A model generated the notes under the pieces. The model was not told the DNA's origin. It saw only the letters and a program-made list of their open reading frames with translations, and did no database searches. A program made the translations under genes and the position numbers. Of a DNA stretch of 64,000 nt, positions 37,142 through 48,306 are shown in pieces. This DNA comes from Mobula hypostoma (taxonomy: Eukaryota), in NCBI RefSeq assembly GCF_963921235.1, contig NC_086112.1, positions 53,816,001 to 53,880,000 on the forward strand, written 5' to 3'. Position 1 is the stretch's first letter, and each line of letters starts with the position of its first letter.

Positions 37142-37818
37142 TGTCCTGTCCTCTTCACACACCTTGCATGAATTGACAGGCAGATGAACTCCATCCCCAA
37201 TTACCACACTGATAAAGGTGTTCCAAGTTGACTTTCTTTAATGTAGTAACTGGCCGTAGGGTAAAACTGACAGAAAGAAAAACATACAATCAAAAGGTGT
37301 CCAAATTCCCATTACGGTTAAGTACAAGGCAAGCATTAAGTATACCACAAATGATACAAAATAATACACAAGAGACTGTATACAAGTAAGTTCCAAATAT
37401 ATCATAAAGGTAGGCTACTGGTGAGCAAGATGTTGCTACATACAATGTATCTTATGCACATTTTCTCACTATAGGTTAGCCAGAACATGTGGCCCGCATG
37501 AATATTCCATCTGTATTTTATCTGCACACAAACCATTCAAATATCTCTGATTTGTGGAAATATGCATATACATCAATAAATAATAAACCCAGAGATTACT
37601 TTTACATACCGACGATGCTTTCAAAGACCTGAACGTCAGAATGATGTCGAATGAAAAGGCACAAGCTCTCCCTCAACTCTACATGGAGAACTGTCTTGAC
37701 GCCTACTAATGATGTCATCAACTAGAGACACAGATCACATGACCTAAATGACTGCTATACAAAACTACCAGCAAAGGGTGCTAAATGACAAATAAAATAA
37801 CTGACTTAAGGCAGCACA
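37142..37818. mobile_element. Solo LTR (677 bp)
   Basis: TGTCCTG...CAGCACA termini with a perfect 5-bp TSD ctatc (37137-37141, 37819-37823). It interrupts a LINE. Confidence 0.75.
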
Positions 37819-37918
37819 CTATCCATATTGAGTGTGGTCTGTTGGTGAGAAAGTCATGGATCCGGTTGGAAAGGGAGGTGTTGAGTTCAGGTCCAGGAAA
37901 TCAGCTTGCTTGGAATTA

Positions 37919-40900
37919 TATAACCATATAACAATTACAGCATGGAAACAGGCCATCTTGGCCCTTCTAGTCCACGCCAAACTCTTACTCTCACCTAGCC
38001 CCACCGACCTGCACTCAGCCCATAACCCTCCATTCCATTCCTGTCCATATATCTATCCAATTTAACTTTAAACGACAACATCGAACCTGCTTCAACCACT
38101 TCTGCTGGAAGCTCATTCCACACAGCTACCACTCTCTGAGTAAAGAAGTTCCCCCTCATGTTACCCCTAAACTTTTGCCCTTTAACTCTCAACACGTCCT
38201 CTTGTTTGAATCTCCTCCATTCTCAATGGAAAAAGCCTATCCACGTCAACTCTATCAATCCCCCTCATAATTTTAAACACCTGTATCAAGTCCCCCCCTC
38301 AATCTTCTACGCTCCAAAGAATAAAGACCTAACTTGTTCAACCTTTCTCTGTAACTTAGGAGATGAAACCCAGGCAACATTTTAGTAAACCTCCTCTGCA
38401 CTCTCTCAATTTTATTGACATCTTTCCTATAACTCGGTGACCAGAACTGTACACAATACTCCAAATTTGGCCTTACCAATGCCTTATACAATTTCAACAT
38501 TACATCCCAACTCCTATACTCAATGCTCTGATTAATAAAGGCCAGCATATCAAATGATTTCTTCACCACCCTATCCACATGAGATTCCATCTTCAGGGAA
38601 CTATGCACCATTGTTCCTAGATCCCTCTGTTCTACTGCATTCTTCAATGCCCTACCATTTACCATGTATGTCCTATTTTGATTAGTCCTACCAAAATGTA
38701 GCACCTCACATTTTTCAGCATTAAACTCCATCTGCCATCTTTTCAGCCCACTCTTCTAACTGGCCTACATCTCTCTGCAAGCTTTGAAAACCTACTTCAT
38801 TATCCACAACGCCACCTATCTTAGTATCATCTGCGTACTTACTAATCCAATTTACCAACCCATCATCCAGAAAATTAACATATATGACAAACAACATTGG
38901 ACCCAGTACAGATCCCTGAGGCACACCGCTGCACACCATCCTCCAATCTAACACACAGTTATCCACCACTACTCTCTGGCGTCTCCCATCCAGCCACTGC
39001 TGAATCCATTTTACTACTTCGATATTAATGCCTAATGATTGAACCTTCCTAACTAACCTTCCATGTGAAACCTTGTCAAAGGCCTTACTGAAGTCCATAT
39101 AGACAACATCCCCTACTTTACACTCATCAACTTTCTTAGTAATCTCATCAAAAAATTCAATAAGATTTGTCAAACATGATCTTCCATGCACAAATCCATG
39201 TTAACTGTTCCTCATCAGACCCTGACTATCCAGATAATTATATATACCATCTCGAAGAATACTTTCCATCAAGTTACTCACCACTGACGTCAAACTCACA
39301 GGCCGATAATTGCTAGGTTTACTCTTAGAACCCTTTTTAAACAATGGCACCACACGAGCAATACGCCAATCCTCCGGCACCATCCCTGTTTCTAATGACA
39401 TTTGAAATATTTCTGTCAGAGCCCCTGCTATTTCCACACTAACTTCCTTCAAGATCCTAGGGAATATCTTGTCTGGACCCAGAGACTTATCCACTTTTAT
39501 ATTCCTTAAAAGCACCAGTACTTCCTCTTCTTTAATCCTCATACTTTCCATAACTATCCTTCTTGTTTCCTTTACTTTACACAATTCAGTATCCTTCTTC
39601 TTAGTGAATACCAAAACAAAGAAATTGTTGAAAATCTCCCCCATCTCTTTTGGCTCCACACATAGCCGTCCACTCTGATTCTCTAAGGGACCAATTTTAT
39701 CCCTCACTATCCTTTTGCTATTAACAATACTGTAAAAACCCTTTGGATTTATTTTCACCTTACTTGCCAAAGCAGCCTTGTATCTTCTTTTAGTTTTTCT
39801 AATTTCTTTCTTAAGATTCCTTTTACATTCTTTATATTCCTCGAGCACCTCATTAACTCCAAGCTGCCTATATTTATTGAAGATCCCTCTCTTTTTCCAA
39901 ACCAAGTTTCCAATATCCCTTGAAAACCATGGCTTTTAATCTTTCCTTTCAAGCTAACTGGAACATAAAGATCCTGTACCCTCAAAATTTCACCTTTAAA
40001 TGACCTCGATTTCTCTATTACATCCTTCCCATAAAACAATCTGTCCCAATCCACTCCTTCTAAATCCTTTCGCATCTCCTCAAAGTTAGCCTTTCCCCAA
40101 TCAAAAATCTCAACCCTGGGTCCAGTCCTATCCTTCTCCATAATTGTATTGAAACTGGTGGCATTGTGATCACTGGACCTGAAGTGCTGCCCAACACATA
40201 CCTCCATCACCTGACCTAACTCATTCCCTAACAGGAGATCCAACACTGCCCCTTCTCTAGTTGGTACCTCTATGTATTGCTGCAAAAAACTGTCTTGCAC
40301 ACATTTTACAAACTCCAAACCATCCAGCCCTTTTACAGAATGGGCTTCCCAGTCTATGTGTGGAAAATTAAAATCTCCCACTATCACAACCTTGTGCTTA
40401 CTACAAATATCTGCTATCTCCTTACAAATTTGCTCCTCCAGTTCTCGGTCCCCATTAGGTGGTCTATAATACACCCCTATAAGCGTCACAACACCTTTCC
40501 TATTCCTCAGTTCCACCCAAATAGCCTCCCTAGACGAGTCCACTAATCTAACCTGCCAGAGGACCGCTGTTATATTTTCTCTGACAAGCAATGCAACACC
40601 TCCCCCTCCTGCCCTTCTTATTCTATCACACCTGAAGCAACGAAATCCTGGAATATTTAGTTGCCAATCACACCCCTCCTGCAACCACATTTCACTGATA
40701 GCTACAACATCATATTTCTGGGTATCAATCCATGCTCTAAGCTCATCCACCTTTCTTCAATGCTCCTAGCATTAAAATAGATGCATTTAAGAAATTCTCC
40801 ACCTCTTACTCTCTGTTTATCCTCAATGGAGCAAACAACTTTGTTATCTTTTTCTTCCTTGTCCCCTACATCTTTGGTCTGAGTGCTCCTGATCTCTGTC

Positions 40901-42206
40901 CCCTGCCTATCCTCCCTCATACACTGTCTACTAGCTTTCTCTATTTATGAACTAACCTCTTCTCTCCTAGTCTCTTTAATTTGATTCCCACCCCCCAACC
41001 ATTCTAGTTTAAAGTCACCTCTGTAGCCCTCGCAAATCTCCCCACCAGGATATTGGTCCCCCTAGGATTCAAGTGTAACCCGTCCTTTTTGTACAGGTCA
41101 CACTTGCGCCAAAAGAGGTCCCAATGATCCAAAAACTTGAATCCCTGCCCCCTGCTCCAATCCCTCAGCCACGCATTTATCCTCCACCTCATCGCATTCC
41201 TATTCTCACTGTTGCGTGGCACAGGCAGTGATCCTGAGATTACTACCTTTGTGGTCCTTTTTGTCAACTCCCTTCCTAATTCCCTATATTCTCCTTTCAG
41301 GACCTCTCCCCTTTTCCTACCTATGTCATTGGTACCTATATGTACCATGGCCTCTGGCTTCTCCCCCTCCCACTTCAGGATATCTTGGACATGATCAGAA
41401 ACATCCCAGGGAGGCAAACTACCATCCGGGTCTCCGGACTGCGTCCACAGAATCGCCTATCTGACCCCCTAACTATCGAGTCCCCTATTACTACTGCCCT
41501 CCTCTTCCTTTCCCAAACCTTCTGAGCTACAGGGCCAGAGTCTGTGCTGGAGATACGGCCACTGTTGCTTCCCCCAGGTAAGCTGTTCCCCCCCCCCCGC
41601 CGCAACAGTACTCAAACAGGGTACTTATTGTCAAGGGGCACTGCCACTGGGGTACTCTCTATTACATGACTCTTCCTATTCCCCCTCCTAACCGTGACCC
41701 GCTTGTCTGCCTCCCGTGGCCCCGGTGTGATCACCTGCCTGTAACTCCTCTCTATCAACTCCTCACTCTCCCTGACAAGATGGAGGTCATTGAGCTGCAG
41801 CTCCAATTCCCTAATGCAGTCTCTTAGGAGCTGCATCTCAGCACACCTGGTGCAGATGTAGACGTCCAGGAGGCTGGGAGAGTCCACGACCTCCCTCATC
41901 TGGCACTGAGAACAACAAGCTGCCTTACACTCATACTTCCCCTCTCCTCAAATAACAACAAAAAATGAATACCAAACCTTCCTCGCCTCACCCGTTCCCG
42001 CCTAAGCCTGTTGAGCCAAAGCCCTTAAGCCTTCACTCTGCTCCCGGCTCACTCTGCTGCCCGCAAAACGACACTGCCTGCTGTATAAGGCTGTATTCCT
42101 TTTAAATCTTCTGCGCTTCACTCCCCAACGTCACACGCCTGCGCAGTCCCTCCTCTCTGAATGGCTTCCTCCGCACTCCCGCTCCGATTCTCAGACTTCC
42201 TTCTCC
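37919..42206 (-). mobile_element. Near full-length CR1 LINE (5'UTR, ORF1 Zn-finger/leucine zipper plus SGNH esterase, ORF2 APE plus RT), disrupted
   Basis: ORF1: CTRC, ELELQL, VIGDSIVR, HIGTND, DGLHLN. ORF2: YRPP, GDFNFP, SDHN, NYRPVSLT, DFSKAFD, GVPQGSVLGP, YADD. Tail taaccata; possible TSD gaatta (37913-37918, 42207-42212). Confidence 0.93.
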
Positions 42207-42689
42207 GAATTAGGGCAGAGCTTAGTCAATAAACCATTGTCAGACATAGGTGTCTTTACTGAACAGATGTTCCAGAGATGAATGCTGAGCCAAGGAGATG
42301 GCATCCATCATGGTCCTGTTTCAGTAGTAAACGAACTACAGTGTGCTGGGATTGCCTCGGAGGCTGGAACTGATGTGTGCCATGAACAACCTGTCGAAGC
42401 TCTTTGTGATAGTGGATGTCAGAGCCACTGGGCATTAGTTATCAAAGCATGTTTCCTCATTTTCCTTTGGTACTGCAATCATAATGATAGAAACTTCAGA
42501 TTGAAGTAGGGAGAGGTTAAAACTGCTGATCTGTCAGGATCTGAGGAACAGCTGGAAACTCCATCAGGACCAGGTGCTCTCTGTGTGTTCAATAATCTGA
42601 ATAAGACTGTCCTGGCATCAACAACAGTGTCTGTGGATTCAGTGTATTGGAAGCTGTCAGGGCAGGTAGTGACATTCAAAGTTTTAAAG

Positions 42690-42940
42690 ATTAGCTTTGT
42701 TTAGAGAGTTAAAGATTAGCTTTTTTAAAAGTTAGCTTTATTTGTCACACATTCATCAAAACATTAAAATATACAATAACATGCGTTGTTAGTGTCAACA
42801 ATCAGCACAATCTGAATATGTGTTAAGGGCAGCCCACATGTTTCCAGTGCCAACATAGCACGTCCACAACTTACTAACTCTAACCCACATGCCTTTGGAA
42901 TGATGGAGGAAACCACAGGGACAAATGTACAAATTCCATT
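42690..42940 (-). mobile_element. V-SINE-type element, 3' part
   Basis: (aaagattagcttt)n tail and a ttggaatg..ggaggaaacc V-domain-like core. Confidence 0.55.
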
Positions 42941-43108
42941 CCATTCTCCTTCTGTTCAAAATGTGTGTGGAATGCATTAAGCACATTGAGAAGGGAGGTG
43001 CTGTTGTCTGCAATGCTGCACAATTTTGTTTTGCAACCGTTATAGCATGTACATCCTTCCATAACTGGTGGCTCACCAGGACCTAATTTTGGCCTGGTAT
43101 TGTCTCTT

Positions 43109-43458
43109 GGGTGGCGGGGTGGAAATACAGCTCCACCAAAGGAGGCGTAAGGCACTCTTCCCCTCTCTTAGCCTGCATTTCACCCTTGGGCAAGATGTAG
43201 CACCTGCTTAACCTCTGATCAGGGTCACATGAAACAGTTGTGGATGGTCATATGAGCAGCTGGTGCATATCACAAGTCCTGGTTATGCAACAGCCTCTAA
43301 AGGATATTGGTAACGGCTGGGGTCGCCCACCTTGTAAAGACACTGACCAGAAGGCAATAGCAAACCACTTCTGTAGAAAAATTTGCCATGAACAGTCATG
43401 GTCATAGATAGACTATGATCGCCCACATCATATGACATGGCAAGTAATGATGACAAAA
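43109..43458 (+). mobile_element. Short RTE-related non-autonomous retroelement
   Basis: Perfect 10-bp TSD attgtctctt (43099-43108, 43459-43468), an RTE-type ggcaatagcaaaccactt motif and an atgatga tail. Confidence 0.7.
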
Positions 43459-44750
43459 ATTGTCTCTTAGCATCCCTGATATCTTACAAAGTTTTTATCT
43501 CAAACCATGTATAGGTCAGGGTTACCTGATTCAAATGTCAACGTTCTGGACTTCAGTAGGGAGTGGATCTGTTTCATCTAGGGTTTCTGGTTTGGGACCA
43601 TCTAGATTGATTTCTTAGGTACACAGTCCTCCACACACTTGCTGATAAAGTCCACGGCTATGGTGACACACTCAAAAAATGCAGCAATCCACATATTTGT
43701 AAATGTGGAAAGAACAGAGGGAACACAATAGCATCATATTCATCATTTGTTTAGACATTTCTTCTTGGTTAAAATAGTTGCGGGGTGTTATATGATCATT
43801 TGTGCACCTGTGTTATTGTGTTTTTTTAAATTTTTTTAGTTCAACTCACTATCTCCATCTGTGGAATTACAGTAAATGGCCACGGGGGAAAAATACACAC
43901 AGGATTAGCAGTATCAGTGACACAGCTGCATTAATCCTTCTATATTTAAATTCAGTTCTCCTTTCACACACAAAGGAATCTTTCAAATGCTTTGGAAATT
44001 CATTTATTGATTTTTCCTGTAGGTATTATATTGCAGCATGTTTTGAAAGAGATACTTCTATTAACTGGCAAGCGAAATGCTGCATAGAATATTAATAGGT
44101 CAATTTTGAACTGCTCCAGAGTTAAAATGAACTTTGTTTGGAACTACAAATTATTAATTAGTGTTTTTGGAATACAGCAACTCTGACTATATTATGTTTT
44201 TTTCTGAAACAGTTGAATGATTTATTATGTGCAAGTTTTTTCATAATTGTGAAAAATCAGTATATAGTGTTACATTGTTGATATGATTTATAATAAATAA
44301 TTAAAGATAAAATAAACAGCCAGGTTTATTTTGGCTGAAATCAGATTTGCATGGCCACATATAAACTAAACATTTCAGTTTAACACAGACTGAAAGCCTT
44401 ATTATAAAGTTGATGCAATACTTTTGGATTTCAAGGAAAAGTCTCCAGTACTCACACTTAAACTAACATTTATAAAATATCATTGTCACATTTTTAGTTC
44501 AGCTATTCCCACAGCTTGCTGCTACGCAACTGTAATCTCGTTAAATAAATGCAACCTAGAGCATTGTAGTGCAGAGAATCTATCCCTTTACGTTGAATGT
44601 TTGAAAGAGTAGAACAGAAATCAACCTTAGGTGTTTTCAAAAGCAAAGTGTACAGTACTGACACAGCATCTCATTGTGCTTCTTGGTCATAATTCACATC
44701 AATTCAATTCAAATTTAATTGTCATTCAACCATACATGAATGAAATAGTG

Positions 44751-45444
44751 TGTAGCCCCCCTGGCCAGCCTCAGGGTCGCTCGGCTCGCTGTCGTCTAAG
44801 GAAACAGCCCTCGGCCCTGCCAAACTGGGTAAGTGGTTTGTGTGGATGCTGTGCGATGTACCCCACCCCGCCCAAATAACAGACAATACAGCAGATACGA
44901 TTAAATGATTTACAGTTTATAGATATTACTGGAACTATATAATTAATAGAGAATAAAATATAAAAGGAAAATAAAAGGTGCCACACTTATCAAAGTTCAA
45001 TCTCTTCGTGCACAAACAGTTGGAGCTCAGGACCGTTCTTCTTCACCCTGCGACCCCTCTGACCAACTCAACCGGCCGACTGGGACCAACAACAGTGGTC
45101 GACCAGACGCGCCACACGAGTCCGTCTCCGTCTCCTTGCCAAACGCCCTCCTTGGGGTTCGACCCCATTAGTGGACTCACAGCACCTCGTCCATCCTCTG
45201 TCTCTCTCTCCTGCCTTCTGCCCCAAAATCCAGCGCATATGATATCTTACGGATACACCAAAAACATAACAAATATCGCAATTGGTTCATAACATCTTCT
45301 TATCAGTAACATGATTTAACAAACTGCTAGCAGGAGGACTTTCTCAGCGTTTAACATAACAAAGAAGCATTCCCAAGTATAACATAACAAAGAAGCCATT
45401 TTAATGAGCCTATGCAGTAACATAAGAGACGAAACCCCCTTACA
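44751..45444. mobile_element. Solo LTR (694 bp), probably Gypsy-type
   Basis: TGTA...TACA termini with a 4-bp TSD agtg (44747-44750, 45445-45448). Relatively CpG-rich, suggesting it is young. Confidence 0.82.
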
Positions 45445-45734
45445 AGTGTTAATCTGGGGCCAAGATGCAAAGCACAATACCGACAGTCATACACAAGTCA
45501 CATATAGCGCATACAAGATAGCAAGCACATATAAGACATAGTCGCACAAAAAATATATATCATTCACTCACATTGTGAGTGTTTCCTGGATTTCCTGCAT
45601 CTGCAGATTTTCTCTTGCTTGAAGCTATATCTTCTTTTGGCTTCACAAATAATGAAAATCAAACATGCATATACAGTACGAACTGGATAACGTTCAGTAA
45701 GACAAATTGCTTTTCCAATGAGTGAAAGAAAAAG

Positions 45735-46025
45735 AAAGATACATTTGCATTGTGCAGTTCCTTTCATATACCTTTTAGGACATTCAAGAGTTCTTTATCA
45801 TCAATGAAATACTTTGTCACTGTAATAGTGTAAGAAATGTGACAGCCAATTTACAAACTTTAAGCTCTCACTGGATAATCTATTTTTAGAAATGCTGAAT
45901 AATAGATAAGTTTTGGCCAGGGTACCTAGAATAACTGTCCTCCTCTTCATCAAAATAGAGCTGTAGGATGTTATAAATCCATTTTAGACAGTAGAGAGGG
46001 CCCTGGTTTAATGTCTTATTCCGTA
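45735..46025 (-). mobile_element. Ancient Deu-domain (SacSINE/AmnSINE-like) SINE remnant
   Basis: Recalled similarity: ttggccagg...ctcttc..aaatag...gggccctggtttaatgtc core and an L2-like tail. Confidence 0.5.
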
Positions 46026-48306
46026 ATTACAGACATGCATTTCAGGCTAATTGTTCATGCCAGTGGCTTGAGAGGACATGATACAATTTTCCATTACACG
46101 CATGGAATTAGCTAACTCCTTTCAACATCACATTTAAGCACAAAAATATGATAGAATTTCTAGCCCTTAGTACTTCTTGCTTCACACAGTAGAGTCCTAT
46201 TCCATTACTATTGTTAGAATAGTTAATTGGATGTAGATATAATTTTGAGCAGTAAACTTTAAGATTCCTTTCCTAATTGCCTCTCTCTTTTCCCTTCTTT
46301 TATATCACTAATTAAAGCTTACTCATTAAATTGAAATTTTACTCATCTGCTGCAATATTTCTTTGCAATATTTCCAGTATCAAATTGATTTGCTAATATT
46401 TCTGTGAAGCACCTTTGGATGTTTTCCGAGAAGATTTGTGAATTTTCAAGTGATTGTAATAATTGTGGGTATGCTACTTGAACATATCAGATGTTCATTA
46501 ACAGGCATTTGGAGGACTGTGTAATCTGCTTCTAAGTGTATTTCATTTCAAGTAGCCTTGTAGTATTTGGCAGAAAGCTGCTAATGTATTATACATGTTC
46601 TTGTTACATTGAAAACTTGAGCAGACATGAAGAACACCAAATCAAAGCAGGTATGATCTCTCGTTCAGCTATTTTTGAGCAAAGTTAACTTGGCATGTTT
46701 TGCTTCTGGAACAACTTGTAAGAATTTGGTCAGTACCCATAGAACAGCATTAAGAATATACTTAATCTCCCATTTCCTACAACCAAAAACTTTTGACAGC
46801 TGCTTGATTATGCCCTTGAGCTGAAATTCAAGTGAAATACGTACTCTTAGAACACCTGTATCAGATAATGTTAACATTGATTGTGCTAGGTGACTTTGCG
46901 TAGAAATATTTATCACACACATGTAAAGTTGACTCTCTAATGACTGGGTGCTGACAATTGTTAAGCCTCTAGGCAAAAAACTCATAAATCCATTTTGTCA
47001 ATTTTAATGAATAAAAACCAAAGATTGATTGATTGATTCATTCCTTCATTCATATTTATATATGTTCCAGGTCTGAGCATTCAACCAGCCAAAAGAGGGT
47101 TGTGGAACTAACAATTACCTCATGAACACATTTAATAATGAGATGATTATAGCAACAAATGGGAAATGGCATCTATTCCTTCTTGCTTGTTCATTCTAAT
47201 CTTTTATGTTGGGTTGGGTAACTGACAATCTCGCAAACAAGTCAGTTTAATCATTAAATTAAAATTGAGGTTAAATCTCATAATTGTTTTTTTTTGCCAC
47301 AGTGTCACTACCTGGTCCTGCTGCAGGTGAGGCAAGTTCACAGGTGAATGTTTTCTGTGATGTTTAGAGTAATTCTTAACTGCAGGAACTTTTTGCTAAT
47401 ATTATGTGTCTGAAAGAGCAATAGTTTATGATATTAATTGTTTCAAAGTCATAATGTGGCTGAACACTGAAATGGATTTGGCCAAGGGAGCACGTTCTTC
47501 TTGGTATCAATGTATTCTGGCAAGAGAAAAAGGTAAAGTGAGCAGAGAAAAGAGGGAACAAGCAGAGCAAAGACTGAATGAAGGAGAAGTGAAACAGCAC
47601 CAAACAGAGTAAGTGGAAAGGTGAGAGCTTGTGGGAAGGGTTTTCCACCCAACTAAGTTTCTTGGGCCAGAAAAATACTCTTGCAGCTGCTTGAGAAAGA
47701 GACTTCTGCTCTCTAGAGAGTTGCCACCAAGTTGCATTACCTCTTGCCAGGATCTGCTACCACTGCCACATACCTGCTTCCATCCGACCTGAAGTTTGAA
47801 CCTTTGCTTTCAGCTCCTTTCAGTATGCAGCAGAGGATATCAGTGAGATTAGCTGATCTGACTTCAGTCTTGCTTTAACTAAGTGAGTGGAGCCAAGATT
47901 CCTGAGGGAAAAAGCAGTCATCACTTCCCTCGTGGACAAATGTAATCAGGAGATTAGCACTCTGCCCTACAGTTCAAACAGACTGCAGTTTTCTGCTACC
48001 CAATTTATTGATTTTATCCATTATGGCACGCAATCTCCATTCCCTCCCTTCATTATTATGCTGTCCATAATAATGGAGGGAGTCCATTTGCCTGCCAGGG
48101 GCTGTGATGCTTCATGTAGTATCCTCCCACTCTTGCCATTACACAGGCAGAGAGAAACTGGTGCCTGGGGCAAGGGCTGGTCAGGGAATGCATGAGTTGC
48201 AAATCATTTTAGACCTCATTGGGAGTATCCTGGCTGTACTTCAGTTAAAAGTGGTGGCAGATTTTGAAGGTGTGTGTTAAAGCAGAGGAAAAAAACATAT
48301 GGAAGA

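Larger units (their letters stand above)
36840..42600 (-). mobile_element. Old Rex1/Babar-type LINE broken into pieces (36840-37141, 37819-37918, 42207-42600)
   Basis: SNSIYRFGDDVTVVGRISNNDE in the first piece. The pieces join colinearly across the solo LTR and CR1 insertions, and RAPGPDGV is seen near 42570. Confidence 0.65.

Noticed and set aside
47760-47830. Possible small minus-strand exon (ELKAKVQTSGRMEA followed by GTATGT) of a neighbouring gene
   Set aside because: Weak acceptor, no partner exons found and no recognisable homology.
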